49,842 nt of DNA from a bacterium (GCA_043824255.1 JBDRTG010000008.1:1-49842), one strand, 5' to 3'. Numbered from the stretch's first letter, positions 39,300 through 49,660 are shown. Numbers and translations are program-made. The notes: generated from the sequence alone by a model not told the origin.

Positions 39300-40811
39300 A
39301 TGTCAGCAAAGACAATAATGATTCAGGGAACTGGTTCTTATGTGGGCAAAAGTGTAGTTACTGCTGCGCTGTGCAGAATATTTACGGCTGATGGTTATAA
39401 AGTAGCACCATTTAAGGCGCAGAATATGGCTTTGAATTCCTTTGTAACCAAAAACGGTGAAGAGATGGGAAGAGCCCAGGTTGTTCAGGCAGAAGCTTGT
39501 GGAATAGAGCCCTCAGTCGATATGAATCCTGTTTTACTCAAACCATCATCGGATGTGGGATGTCAGGTTATTGTCATGGGAAAACCTGTTGGAAATATGG
39601 ATAGTGTTACATACCATAAGCATAAGCCAAAGTTGATGGATATAGTAGTAGCGGCCTTTAACAGGCTTGCAGAAAAAAACGATATAATTGTAATAGAAGG
39701 AGCAGGTTCTCCTGCAGAGATTAATTTGCGGGATAATGATATTGTGAATATGAGTATTGCTGAAAAAATAGATGCGCCTGTAATCATTGTCGGCGATATA
39801 AATCTGGGCGGAGTTTTTGCGTGGCTTGTTGGCACTATAGAGCTTCTATCAAATAAAGAGAAAAAACGTGTTAAGGGATTTTTAATAAACAAGTTTCGAG
39901 GAGACAGGAGTCTTTTGGAACCCGCAATAACATTTTTGGAGAAAAGGACGCAGAAACCTGTTCTTGGCGTGATCCCGTATTTTACTGATATAAAGATTCA
40001 GGAAGAAGATTCTGTATGCATTGATCCTTACAAAAGTAGTTCTCCTGTGAGAGATAAGGATGATATAAGGATAAGAGTTATTTATTTGCCGCACATTTCC
40101 AATTTTACAGATTTTGACATGCTGGAGAAGGAACACGGTGTGGAGCTTGAGTATATTAAGCGGGCTGATGAGCTTAAACATGCAGATGTTATCATAATTC
40201 CCGGCAGTAAAAATACGATAGATGATTTGGCAGTTCTGAGAAAGAGTGGGTTTATACCAAAAATAAAGGAATGCAGCAGCAAGGGAGTTTCTATAATTGG
40301 TACATGTGGCGGCTATCAAATGCTTGGTAAAGAAATTATTGATCCGGATCATATTGAAACTAAAAAAACAAATATAAAAGGGATAGGTCTATTGGACATA
40401 ACTACAACAATAAAAAAAGAAAAACAAACTCATCAGATAAAAGCATATGATAACCTTTTCTCCTCAGGCGTAATACATGGTTATGAGATACATATGGGTC
40501 AGACGCGGTTAGGCAATACAACGAAACCAATTTTTGAGATATTTAAGAGGTCTGGCAAAAGGGTTAACATAAAAGACGGGACAAAAAGTCGTGAGGGAAG
40601 AGTATGGGGGACATATATTCACGGAATTTTTGATAATAATAATTTTAGGGCTGCATTTTTAAATAATATAAGAAAATCCAAGCAGTTACCAGAAAGAGGA
40701 TTAAATAATTTATTTGATAAGGAACAAGAGTATGATAAATTGGCTTTATTAGTGAGAAAAAGTGTAGATATAAAAAAGATATATTTTATAATTAAGGAGG
40801 CAGGAAAATGA
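39300..40811 (+). CDS. cobQ: Cobyric acid synthase
   Basis: QGTGS.VGKS, PFKAQNM, EGAGSPAEIN, SNFTD, CGGYQM, GYEIH, GTYIHG. Confidence 0.97.
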   Translation: MSAKTIMIQGTGSYVGKSVVTAALCRIFTADGYKVAPFKAQNMALNSFVTKNGEEMGRAQVVQAEACGIEPSVDMNPVLLKPSSDVGCQVIVMGKPVGNMDSVTYHKHKPKLMDIVVAAFNRLAEKNDIIVIEGAGSPAEINLRDNDIVNMSIAEKIDAPVIIVGDINLGGVFAWLVGTIELLSNKEKKRVKGFLINKFRGDRSLLEPAITFLEKRTQKPVLGVIPYFTDIKIQEEDSVCIDPYKSSSPVRDKDDIRIRVIYLPHISNFTDFDMLEKEHGVELEYIKRADELKHADVIIIPGSKNTIDDLAVLRKSGFIPKIKECSSKGVSIIGTCGGYQMLGKEIIDPDHIETKKTNIKGIGLLDITTTIKKEKQTHQIKAYDNLFSSGVIHGYEIHMGQTRLGNTTKPIFEIFKRSGKRVNIKDGTKSREGRVWGTYIHGIFDNNNFRAAFLNNIRKSKQLPERGLNNLFDKEQEYDKLALLVRKSVDIKKIYFIIKEAGK

Positions 40812-42238
40812 AACGGCCAAACATTCTTTTTTTCTTTACTGATGATCAGCGATTCGACACGATCTCTGCTCTTGGCAATTCAGAGATTCAGACGCCTAAT
40901 ATGGACAAGCTTGTGCGCATGGGCACAAGCTTTACTCATGCTCATATAATGGGGGGGACAGCAGGGGCAGTTTGTATGCCCAGTCGGGCAATGATGCTAA
41001 CTGGGAGAACACTTTTCTCTATTGAGGGACAAGGGCAATCAATTCCCATCGAACATACATCTTTGCCTGAGCTGTACCGCAAGTCGGGTTATGTTACTTT
41101 TCACGTGGGCAAATGGCATCAGGACAGGGAGTCGTACACACGATGTTTTTCCGAAGGTGCCAAGATTTTCGGCTTCAATAAGAGAGGCGGTTGGTACGAA
41201 GCATGCAACGGTCACTGGCACATCCCAGTTCACGATTTTGATCCGACTGGAAAGTATAAGCAGGAGAAAGGCTATAACTGTTCCGGTCCCATCGATGTGT
41301 ATCCTGCGCCCTATGAGAGAGTTAAGGAAAATGGTCGACATTCCAGTGAAGTATTCTCTAAGTCAGCTATCGAGTTCCTTCGAAAGTATCCGAATTCCAA
41401 CGATGGAAAGGAAAGCAAGCCATTTTTCATGTACGTTGCTTATGTAGCACCACACGACCCGCGTCAGTATCCGGCACGATTTCGTGAACGCTACAATGCT
41501 AATGATGTTTCATTGCCGTCTAATTTTCGTATAAGGCATGCGTTTGACAATGGTGAGCTGTTCATTCGTGACGAGTTGCTGGAAGCCCACCCACGTCGAC
41601 CTGAAGCTGTGAGACAGCATATCGCTGATTACTACGCAATCATTGCTCATCTTGATGAACAGATTGGGCGGGTGCTAGATGCTCTTGAGGAAATCGGAGA
41701 AGCCGAGAACACGATTATTGTCTTTTCTGGCGATAATGGTCTGGCTGTTGGCCAGCATGGTCTCATGGGCAAGCAGAATCTATATGACCACAGCGTGCGT
41801 GTCCCGCTGATCATCTGTGGGCCTGGAATACCAAAAGAACAGAAAACAGACGCGTTCTGCTATCTTCTGGACATCTTTCCGACACTATGTGATCTGACCG
41901 GTCTTATGGTTCCTGATTCGGTTGAGGGAAAGAGCCTTATGCCAGTTATCCGTGACACCTCCACAACGGTTCGTGACACACTTCATTTCGCATATAAAGG
42001 CGTGCAGCGCGCAGTTCGAAGGGATCGTTACAAGCTGATCGAGTACGTTGTGAACAGGAAAAGAACAACACAGCTTTTTGACCTTAAGGATGATTATTTG
42101 GAGACAAACAATATGTCTAACGACCCGGAGCACAGAAAAACAGTAAAATCATTGCACAAAGAACTTCTTCGGTGGAAAACAGAATTGGGTGATACACAAG
42201 AAATGGGCAGACAATTCTGGGATCAACCACTGAGGTGA
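40808..42238 (+). CDS. Cys-type sulfatase (choline-sulfatase-like)
   Basis: PNILF..TDDQR, CMPSR, GKWH, APHDP, GDNG, GKQNLY; no signal peptide. Confidence 0.93.
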   Translation: MKRPNILFFFTDDQRFDTISALGNSEIQTPNMDKLVRMGTSFTHAHIMGGTAGAVCMPSRAMMLTGRTLFSIEGQGQSIPIEHTSLPELYRKSGYVTFHVGKWHQDRESYTRCFSEGAKIFGFNKRGGWYEACNGHWHIPVHDFDPTGKYKQEKGYNCSGPIDVYPAPYERVKENGRHSSEVFSKSAIEFLRKYPNSNDGKESKPFFMYVAYVAPHDPRQYPARFRERYNANDVSLPSNFRIRHAFDNGELFIRDELLEAHPRRPEAVRQHIADYYAIIAHLDEQIGRVLDALEEIGEAENTIIVFSGDNGLAVGQHGLMGKQNLYDHSVRVPLIICGPGIPKEQKTDAFCYLLDIFPTLCDLTGLMVPDSVEGKSLMPVIRDTSTTVRDTLHFAYKGVQRAVRRDRYKLIEYVVNRKRTTQLFDLKDDYLETNNMSNDPEHRKTVKSLHKELLRWKTELGDTQEMGRQFWDQPLR

Positions 42239-42804
42239 ATAGAAGAATAACGATGACAAATGACAAAATCCAGGTGATGTTAAAAAAAGGGCTTGTTCAG
42301 GTATATACCGGAAATGGTAAAGGCAAGACAACAGCAGCTGTTGGCCATGCAGTGCGTGCTAGGGGAAGAGGATTGAATGTTTACATAATACAGTTCCTAA
42401 AAAAAGATGATAGTTCAGGAGAACAAGTTGCCCTAAAAAAGCTGGGAGTTGATATTAATTGTTTTGGCGGAGATTATGCTTTCCTAAAGTTAACGCAGAA
42501 GGAAGCAAAAAAAGCAAAGGAGTTTTTTAAGGAGATTATAGATGAGATTGCTAATGAGATAGAACAAAAGCATTATGATCTGGTGATACTTGATGAAGTG
42601 AATCTGTTGGTTAAGAAAGGTTTGCTAAATAAAAAAGAAGTTGTGGAACTTATTAAAAATAAACCTCAAAAAACAGAACTTGTTTTAACCGGTAGAGGGG
42701 CAGATAAAGAGATTGTTGCGCTTGCTGATTTAGTAACAGAGTGTGTGAAAATTAAACATCCGTATGATAAGGAAATAAAAGCGAGGCTTGGAATTGAGTT
42801 ATGA
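42235..42804 (+). CDS. cobO: Cob(I)yrinic acid a,c-diamide adenosyltransferase (start uncertain)
   Basis: YTGNGKGKTTAA, QFLK, ILDE, LVLTGR, KHPY. Confidence 0.95.
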   Translation: MNRRITMTNDKIQVMLKKGLVQVYTGNGKGKTTAAVGHAVRARGRGLNVYIIQFLKKDDSSGEQVALKKLGVDINCFGGDYAFLKLTQKEAKKAKEFFKEIIDEIANEIEQKHYDLVILDEVNLLVKKGLLNKKEVVELIKNKPQKTELVLTGRGADKEIVALADLVTECVKIKHPYDKEIKARLGIEL

Positions 42805-43685
42805 GTTTATTACTTAACCGTATTAAAAAAGGCGAAATTTTGGTATCTGATGGTGCTATGGGCACCATGCTTCAACGCAAAGGTTTGGGGCTTGGGGAGT
42901 GCCCTGAAGAATGGAATATAACTCATCCGGGAGAAGTCAGGGCAATTGCAGAAGCTTACTTAAAAGCCGGAAGTGATATGATATTAACGAACACATTTGG
43001 TGGATCCAGATTTAAACTTGCAAAATTTGGTTTAGAAGCAAAGGTTGCTGAATTCAACAAAGCAGGTGTTAGCCTGGCTAAGAAAGCTGCTGTACAATAC
43101 GAAGGAATTGTTGCAGGCTCTGTTGGACCAACAGGAGAGTTTATGCGACCGCTGGGGACTGTAACGGAAGATGAAATGTATGATGTGTTTAGGGAACAGA
43201 TTCTTGCTCAAATACAAGGTGGAGCAGATGCAATATGCGTAGAAACCATGACGTCTCTTGAAGAAATTTCTATCGCTATAAAGGTTGTAAAGGAAAACAC
43301 AGCTGTTCCTGTTATTGCTACAATGACATTTGATAAAGGAATGCAGGGGTATAAAACAATGATGGGTGTAAGTATAAAAGAGGCTGCGCTTGGATTAGAA
43401 AAAGCAGGGGCGGATATTATAGGAACAAATTGTGGTAATGGAATTGGCCCTATGGTAGACATTGTCAGGGAAATGAGGAAATATTCTTCTAAACCAATAC
43501 TTGTTCATGCTAATGCCGGGGTGCCGGAGCTAATACACGGAAAAACTTGTTTTAGAGAGACACCTGAAGATATGGCAAAAAAGGTTCCTGAACTCATAGA
43601 TGCTGGAGCAAATATCATAGGAGGATGCTGCGGTACAACCCCTGAACATATAAGAGCTATAAGAAACATAGTAGATAGTAAGTAA
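42801..43685 (+). CDS. Homocysteine S-methyltransferase domain (split MetH)
   Basis: DGAMGT, TNTFG, GTNC, NAG.P, IIGGCCGTTP.HI. Confidence 0.92.
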   Translation: MSLLLNRIKKGEILVSDGAMGTMLQRKGLGLGECPEEWNITHPGEVRAIAEAYLKAGSDMILTNTFGGSRFKLAKFGLEAKVAEFNKAGVSLAKKAAVQYEGIVAGSVGPTGEFMRPLGTVTEDEMYDVFREQILAQIQGGADAICVETMTSLEEISIAIKVVKENTAVPVIATMTFDKGMQGYKTMMGVSIKEAALGLEKAGADIIGTNCGNGIGPMVDIVREMRKYSSKPILVHANAGVPELIHGKTCFRETPEDMAKKVPELIDAGANIIGGCCGTTPEHIRAIRNIVDSK

Positions 43686-43721
43686 TTTAGGCAGTCGCAA
43701 AATTAAAGAAAAAGGAGAAAA

Positions 43722-44981
43722 ATGGGAAAAATACCCCTGCTGTTAGTCGTCAGTATCTCATTGATTTTGGGTGCATGCGAGTCAAACAACGATAGAACAC
43801 CGACCGTTCAGAATCAATTGAATCGGGCCGTGGAGGGAGTGCGCTTAGCGTTGGAAACCACAATAAATAAAACGGTCCCTTCTCTAAGTGTCCTGATCAA
43901 GACTCCCGATGCATCCTATTTTACCAGCTCCGTCGCACATGGGGTGGAGCCGGTCACACCTGATACCTATTTCCGCTTTGCCAGCAACACAAAAAATTTT
44001 ACGGCAACTGCAATTTTAAATATGAATCAAAACGGCTGGCTGGATTACACAGACCGTATTGTTGACAACATTCCCGGAAGCAATATCCCCTACGTACCCA
44101 CAACTGAATCATGGAACATTCCATACAAAGATCAAATCACCATAGAGCAATTGTTGCAGCACAACGCAGGCGTATATGACGTGGACAACGACCCGGTTCC
44201 CGGTTGCAATGGCATGGGCTATGTACAATACAAGCTGGAGCAAGACCCGAATCACCAGTTTTCTGCTGCCGAACTTGTTGAACAAAATGTTATCCACAAT
44301 CTTTCCTATTTTGCTCCGGGCACTGTCAATTATCACTACAGCAATACCGGATTTACGATCTTAAGCGAGATCATCGCCCGAGTCTACACCTATCAAAGCG
44401 GCAGCAACAAAACTTATGGAGATTACCTCCGCGACTATATTTACGGCGACACCGCACCGGTGCCGCTTATGATCAATTTCCCGTCCCTTGCCGGTGACAA
44501 TCGGCTACCAATGCCTTTTGTCTGTGGCACCATCTATACGGCACCGAATGGAGAAACTAACTTAAACTGCACCAATAACATGAGCGCCCACGTGGCCGAA
44601 GGAAACGGATACGGAACAATGAACGAGCTAACTACATATATCCGTTCCCTGATCAAGGGCGAAAATGTGCTTTCGCCCGAAAGCGTTGAGCTTATGATAA
44701 CGGACACGTCACCGGGCGACACCGGATATTCGCTCGGTTGTCTTCATGCGGAAAATTTAGGGGTTGGCCACAACGGGGCGATCCATGGATATATGTCGCT
44801 TATGGTCTATGATACGGAATTCGATGTCTCTGTTATTGTATTGATGCCGATGTGGGATGAATCAAACGGAATTCCTTCATTCCTGAAGTGTCTCAAAACG
44901 CTCAATTGTGCTGGCTGGGCAGCCCGTGAAGCTTTGGGCTATCCGGGCAAACCGGAAGGCAGTACAGGTCCCGGAGATTGA
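43722..44981 (+). CDS. Serine hydrolase (beta-lactamase/PBP-like) lipoprotein
   Basis: Lipobox LGAC, FASNTK (SxxK), YSN, GHNG; GC-richer than its flanks. Confidence 0.88.
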   Translation: MGKIPLLLVVSISLILGACESNNDRTPTVQNQLNRAVEGVRLALETTINKTVPSLSVLIKTPDASYFTSSVAHGVEPVTPDTYFRFASNTKNFTATAILNMNQNGWLDYTDRIVDNIPGSNIPYVPTTESWNIPYKDQITIEQLLQHNAGVYDVDNDPVPGCNGMGYVQYKLEQDPNHQFSAAELVEQNVIHNLSYFAPGTVNYHYSNTGFTILSEIIARVYTYQSGSNKTYGDYLRDYIYGDTAPVPLMINFPSLAGDNRLPMPFVCGTIYTAPNGETNLNCTNNMSAHVAEGNGYGTMNELTTYIRSLIKGENVLSPESVELMITDTSPGDTGYSLGCLHAENLGVGHNGAIHGYMSLMVYDTEFDVSVIVLMPMWDESNGIPSFLKCLKTLNCAGWAAREALGYPGKPEGSTGPGD

Positions 44982-44992
44982 GGGAAAAAATA

Positions 44993-45021
44993 TTGCTGAA
45001 CACATGCTTTGCTGATATAAT
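44993..45021 (+). promoter_or_regulatory. Putative promoter
   Basis: TTGCTG-17-TATAAT with TG extended -10. Confidence 0.5.
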
Positions 45022-45050
45022 TTTTTTATTACAAAAAGGAGACAACGTAA

Positions 45051-45845
45051 ATGGAAATTATTGGTGAAAGAATTAATACAAGCAGAAAGCACATTAACAA
45101 GGCTGTTAGCGAGAGGGATAAGGCATATATTCAGGAGCAAGCTAGGATGCAGGATAAAGCAGGTGCTGATTATATAGATGTTAATGCAGGAACAAGCGTA
45201 TCTGGAGAGATAGGAGACCTGGAATGGCTTATGGACACTGTGCAGGAAGTTACAGATAAACCATTATGTATTGATAGTGCCAATCCTAAGGCCATTGAAT
45301 CTGCGCTTAAAAGAAGTAAGAATGGCATACCTATTGTTAATTCAATAACAGGTGAAAAAAATAGAATTGATAATATTTTGCCATTGGTTAAGGAATATAA
45401 TACCAAGATAGTGGCTCTTACTATGGATGATTCGGGAATGCCTGATAATCTTGAGAAAAGAGTTGATGTAGCAAAGAAGCTGGCAGATAGATTGACATCC
45501 GAAGGCATATCTCTGGACAGAGTTTATTTTGATACATTAATAAGGCCAATAAGCACAAATCCTGATCAGGTAAGTTATGTGCTTCAGGCAGTGAGCATTA
45601 TAATGAAAGAATTGAAAGGAGCTCATACAATATGCGGTCTTAGCAATGTATCCTTTGGTCTGCCTAAAAGAAATCATATTAACAGATCCTTTTTAAGTCT
45701 GATGATCAATGCGGGACTCGATGCGGCAATTATTGATCCTACGGAAGCAGATATGGTCTCAACAATTTATGCAACTCAGGCGTTAATCGGCAAGGATAAT
45801 TTTTGTATGGAGTATATAACAGCAGATAGAGAGGGGAAGTATTAA
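45051..45845 (+). CDS. Pterin-binding methyltetrahydrofolate:corrinoid methyltransferase (AcsE-like / MetH folate domain)
   Basis: IIGERIN, GADYIDVN, PLCIDS, NSI, GLSNVSFGLP.R. Confidence 0.92.
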   Translation: MEIIGERINTSRKHINKAVSERDKAYIQEQARMQDKAGADYIDVNAGTSVSGEIGDLEWLMDTVQEVTDKPLCIDSANPKAIESALKRSKNGIPIVNSITGEKNRIDNILPLVKEYNTKIVALTMDDSGMPDNLEKRVDVAKKLADRLTSEGISLDRVYFDTLIRPISTNPDQVSYVLQAVSIIMKELKGAHTICGLSNVSFGLPKRNHINRSFLSLMINAGLDAAIIDPTEADMVSTIYATQALIGKDNFCMEYITADREGKY

Positions 45846-47796
45846 CGCATTAGACCATGGCGGCATTATTTCTCAAAGACTGCGGGATTACGAATTAAGA
45901 CCTCAGCAGCTTCAAATGTCAGAAGCGATTGGCGGGGCTATTAAACTCAACAAACACCTGGTAGTAGAAGCAGGCACTGGAATAGGGAAAAGCCTTGCGT
46001 ATCTGATACCTTTTATAATTTATGCCGCTGAAAATAATAAGAAAGTTATAATTTCAACTTATACAAAGACGCTCCAAAATCAGTTATGTTTAAAAGATCT
46101 GCCGTTTTTGAAAAGATCGCTGGGGATAAAATTTAATTACGCATTATGTCTGGGTTCTGAAAATTATTTATGTTTAAGACGCCTTAATAGTAAATATATA
46201 TACGATTTGCTTGATTCAGATGCTCAGTTCAATGAGATGGCGAAAATACTTGATTGGTCTTCTAAAACCAAATCGGGAATCAAATCGGATTTAGATTTTG
46301 TTCCCAAAAGCGGAGTATGGAATAATGTATGCAGAGAACCAGATTTGTGTTTGGGAAAGAAGTGTTCTTTTAAAGATGATTGTTTCTATAAAAGAGCGAA
46401 GAACATGGAGAGGAAATCTCATATTTTAGTAACAAACCATTCCCTGTTTTTTACTAATCTTGCTTCAGACGGTCAGGTTTTGCCAAATTTTCACGCTGTA
46501 GTATTTGATGAGGCTCAAACACTGGAAAAGATAGCAACAAGCTACCTTGGCATAGAACTAAGCAATTCAAAAATTAAATATCTATTTGATTCAATATATA
46601 ATCCAAAAACAAACAAAGGACTATTAATCAAATTTAAGAATCTGAATATTCAAACAACAAAGAATATTAGGGAGTATTTGACTGAGTCAGAGCAAGCATT
46701 TCGGAATTTTTTTCAGGAGATAAGCCAAATATTCGGCGCAGAAAATGACTCAAAAAGGATAAGGGCAAAAAATATTGTTTTTAATTACTTAGAAGAACCA
46801 TTAAAACGTCTTGCAGACTCTTTATCCGAATTATTGGATTATGTAAAAGGCGAAGAAGACGAAATTTTAATAAAATCGTATGCAAAGAAGTGTGTTGATA
46901 TATCAAAAGCCATGTCGTTTATTTTAAATCAGACAAAGGATGATTATGTTTATTGGATTGAAATATCAAAAAGAAAAAGAGTTGTAAAATATTCGCTTTT
47001 TGCTTCACCAATAGAAATTGCAGATGAGTTAGATAAGCAATTATTCAGCAAAATAAAACCAATTATACTTACCTCTGCTACATTATCTACAAATAATGAT
47101 TTTGAATTTATAAAGAAGCGTCTCGGGATAAAAGACTGTGATGAACTGCTGCTAGGGTCCCCTTTTAATTATGAAAAAAATGTTCTTTTATATCTTCCAA
47201 AGAAGATAGAAGACCCAAACCATAAATTTGAAGTATTCCAGGGGCAAGTCCTTGAACACATCAAAAAGATAATAGATATTATGAAAGGGAGAATATTTAT
47301 ATTGTTTACCAGTTACAAAATGTTAAATGTTATATTTAATGATTTAGTCTTAAGTTATAAAGATATAAATTTATTAAGGCAAGGAGATAAACCTCGTTAC
47401 GAGTTACTTGCAAATTTCAAAGAAAACAAGAATTCTGTTTTATTGGGAACAACTACTTTTTGGCAAGGCATAGATGTTCCGGGAAAATCTTTGGAATGTG
47501 TAATCATTACAAAATTGCCTTTTTCTGTTCCGGATGATCCTATAACAGAAGCAAAAATGGAACTTATAGAATCAAGAAATGAGAATTCTTTTATAGAGTA
47601 TCAGGTGCCACAGGCAATAATGATGTTTAAACAGGGATGTGGAAGACTTATAAGGAGTAAATCAGATAGAGGCATAGTGGGAATTCTAGACCCGAGGATT
47701 AAAACCAGATATTATGGAAGATCGTTTATAAATGCTTTACCAAAATGCAGACATACTTTTGATGTTAATGAGGTAAAAGACTTCTTGGAAATATGA
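45841..47796 (+). CDS. DinG/YoaA family ATP-dependent helicase (start uncertain; first ATG is 45916)
   Basis: Q motif YELRPQQ upstream of the ATG; EAGTGIGKS, Fe-S cysteines, DEAQ, TSATL, FWQGID, QG.GRLIR. Confidence 0.9.
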   Translation: MNALDHGGIISQRLRDYELRPQQLQMSEAIGGAIKLNKHLVVEAGTGIGKSLAYLIPFIIYAAENNKKVIISTYTKTLQNQLCLKDLPFLKRSLGIKFNYALCLGSENYLCLRRLNSKYIYDLLDSDAQFNEMAKILDWSSKTKSGIKSDLDFVPKSGVWNNVCREPDLCLGKKCSFKDDCFYKRAKNMERKSHILVTNHSLFFTNLASDGQVLPNFHAVVFDEAQTLEKIATSYLGIELSNSKIKYLFDSIYNPKTNKGLLIKFKNLNIQTTKNIREYLTESEQAFRNFFQEISQIFGAENDSKRIRAKNIVFNYLEEPLKRLADSLSELLDYVKGEEDEILIKSYAKKCVDISKAMSFILNQTKDDYVYWIEISKRKRVVKYSLFASPIEIADELDKQLFSKIKPIILTSATLSTNNDFEFIKKRLGIKDCDELLLGSPFNYEKNVLLYLPKKIEDPNHKFEVFQGQVLEHIKKIIDIMKGRIFILFTSYKMLNVIFNDLVLSYKDINLLRQGDKPRYELLANFKENKNSVLLGTTTFWQGIDVPGKSLECVIITKLPFSVPDDPITEAKMELIESRNENSFIEYQVPQAIMMFKQGCGRLIRSKSDRGIVGILDPRIKTRYYGRSFINALPKCRHTFDVNEVKDFLEI

Positions 47797-48437
47797 AAAA
47801 GAATATAGAACTTATTATGTTTGATTTGGATGGCACGCTGGTTGATTCAATGAAAGATATAGCCAATGCTGGCAATTTTACTTTAAAAAGTTTTGGACTT
47901 AAGACAAAAAGTGAGCAAGAGATAACTTCTTATGTAGGAGAAGGGAGAGAGCATTTAGTAAAGAAGTTACTAGAGGATAAACAAAATTTTCTAAAAGAAG
48001 CTGTTTCTGTGTTTGGGGAATACTACAAGAAACATTCCTCAGATAACTCTATCTTATATCCGAATGTAAAAGAAGTTCTTGAATATTTTAAAGATAAGAA
48101 AAAGGCTGTTGTAAGCAATAAAAATCATGAAGAAGTTGTATCTAATTTAAAGTCGTTGGCAATATATGATTATTTTGAGAATATCATAGGGGGAGATGAA
48201 GTTGAGTACATAAAACCTTCTCCATTCTACTTATGTAAAACAATGCAGGGATTTCATATAAATAAGGAAAAATCTATAATGGTTGGTGATATGGATATAG
48301 ATATATTAGCCGGCAAAAATGCAGGTACACTCACCTGCGCTGTTACTTATGGAGTAAGCAAAAAAGAGGATATAATTAGAGCAGAACCAGATTTTATTAT
48401 AGATGATATAATCAAACTAAGGGATATAATTTGCTAG
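47793..48437 (+). CDS. HAD-IA hydrolase (phosphoglycolate phosphatase-like)
   Basis: FDLDGTLVDS, SNK, KP.P, MVGD..DI.AG.NAG. Confidence 0.92.
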   Translation: MKKNIELIMFDLDGTLVDSMKDIANAGNFTLKSFGLKTKSEQEITSYVGEGREHLVKKLLEDKQNFLKEAVSVFGEYYKKHSSDNSILYPNVKEVLEYFKDKKKAVVSNKNHEEVVSNLKSLAIYDYFENIIGGDEVEYIKPSPFYLCKTMQGFHINKEKSIMVGDMDIDILAGKNAGTLTCAVTYGVSKKEDIIRAEPDFIIDDIIKLRDIIC

Positions 48438-48463
48438 TAACGACGTTCTATAAATTATCGTTC

Positions 48464-48922
48464 TTAATTAGTTTTTTGTGATATTAATTCTTTTAAGTGT
48501 TCAATGTATTTATCAGGCCCTCCTCTTCTATAACCTGTTCTTGCAATTACGTCACCCTTGTGATTAATTAATATTATAGTGGGATATCCTCTTATTTTAT
48601 ATTTTTTTGCTAAGTCGTTATTCTGCTTTTTAATCTTTGGTGATTGAGGTTTTCTTCTGGGAAAGTCTAATTCAAGTAATATCAGGTTGTTGCTGGCATA
48701 ATTTTTAAATGCAGGTTTGCTGAATACTTCTTCTTTTAATCTAATACACCAACTGCACCAGTCCGAACCTGTGAAATTGATGAGAATTGGTTTGTTGTAT
48801 TTTTTAGCGTCTTTTAATGCCTGGTCATAATCATGAATCCATGTAGTTTGTGCACCTGTGTTTATTACTAAAAATAAAAGAACTGTTACAGTGATTAAAA
48901 AGCTAATTGTCTCTTTTCGCAT
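48464..48922 (-). CDS. Exported thioredoxin family protein
   Basis: Signal peptide; FTGSDWCSWC; GYPT. Confidence 0.92.
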   Translation of the reverse strand: MRKETISFLITVTVLLFLVINTGAQTTWIHDYDQALKDAKKYNKPILINFTGSDWCSWCIRLKEEVFSKPAFKNYASNNLILLELDFPRRKPQSPKIKKQNNDLAKKYKIRGYPTIILINHKGDVIARTGYRRGGPDKYIEHLKELISQKTN

Positions 48923-48958
48923 TGCTATTTTCCTTTATTAAAAATTTGAAATTAATAA

Positions 48959-49660
48959 TTACTGCTGAGATAATGCTCCTATTATAATCCATATTCCAAT
49001 AGCAGAAAGCAATATACCGCTTATGCTTGAAATTAGTCTGAAATGTCTCTTTATCTTGGATAACAGAATCAGTGCCTTTCCTATCCCTGTACTGAGTAAA
49101 AGAAACGGCAAGGCCAATCCCAGAGAATAAAAGCTCAATAACAGGATACCTTTACTTAAAGTGGCATCATTAGCTGCAAGCATAAGAATACTGCCTAATA
49201 TAGGACCAACACATGGTGTCCAACCGATACCAAAAGCCGCGCCTACTAAAAAAGAGCCGAACTTGTTTACAGGCTTGCTTTTAAGATGCAGTTTTTTTTC
49301 ATACTGCAAGAACTTTATATTAAACAAGCCGCTGATATGCAGTCCAAACAAAATGACTATTATACCTCCAATGATTCTTATGATTTTCTGTTTAGCAAAG
49401 AGATATGTGCCTAAAAAGCTGGCTGAAGCACCCATAAGAACAAAAATCAATGAAAAGCCAAGAACAAATAGAATGGTTTCTGTTAGAATTAGTTTTCTTT
49501 TTTTGAGGTCTTTATTACTCAAATTACCTAATTCTTCACTTGATATTCCCGTAATAAAACAAATATATACAGGAATAAGAGGTAATATACAGGGTGAGAA
49601 GAAGGACAGAAGCCCTGCGCCAAAACTCGTAAAAATCTTAAAAATTTCGGACATATCCAT
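48959..49660 (-). CDS. ccdA: Cytochrome c biogenesis / thiol-disulfide transporter CcdA
   Basis: GLLSFFSPCILPL.P.Y and GWTPCVGPIL. Confidence 0.95.
   Translation of the reverse strand: MDMSEIFKIFTSFGAGLLSFFSPCILPLIPVYICFITGISSEELGNLSNKDLKKRKLILTETILFVLGFSLIFVLMGASASFLGTYLFAKQKIIRIIGGIIVILFGLHISGLFNIKFLQYEKKLHLKSKPVNKFGSFLVGAAFGIGWTPCVGPILGSILMLAANDATLSKGILLLSFYSLGLALPFLLLSTGIGKALILLSKIKRHFRLISSISGILLSAIGIWIIIGALSQQ

Noticed and set aside
43722..44981. Antibiotic-resistance beta-lactamase
   Set aside because: SxxK, YxN and HxG motifs are shared by many esterases and peptidases of this fold; nothing specific to a true beta-lactamase.
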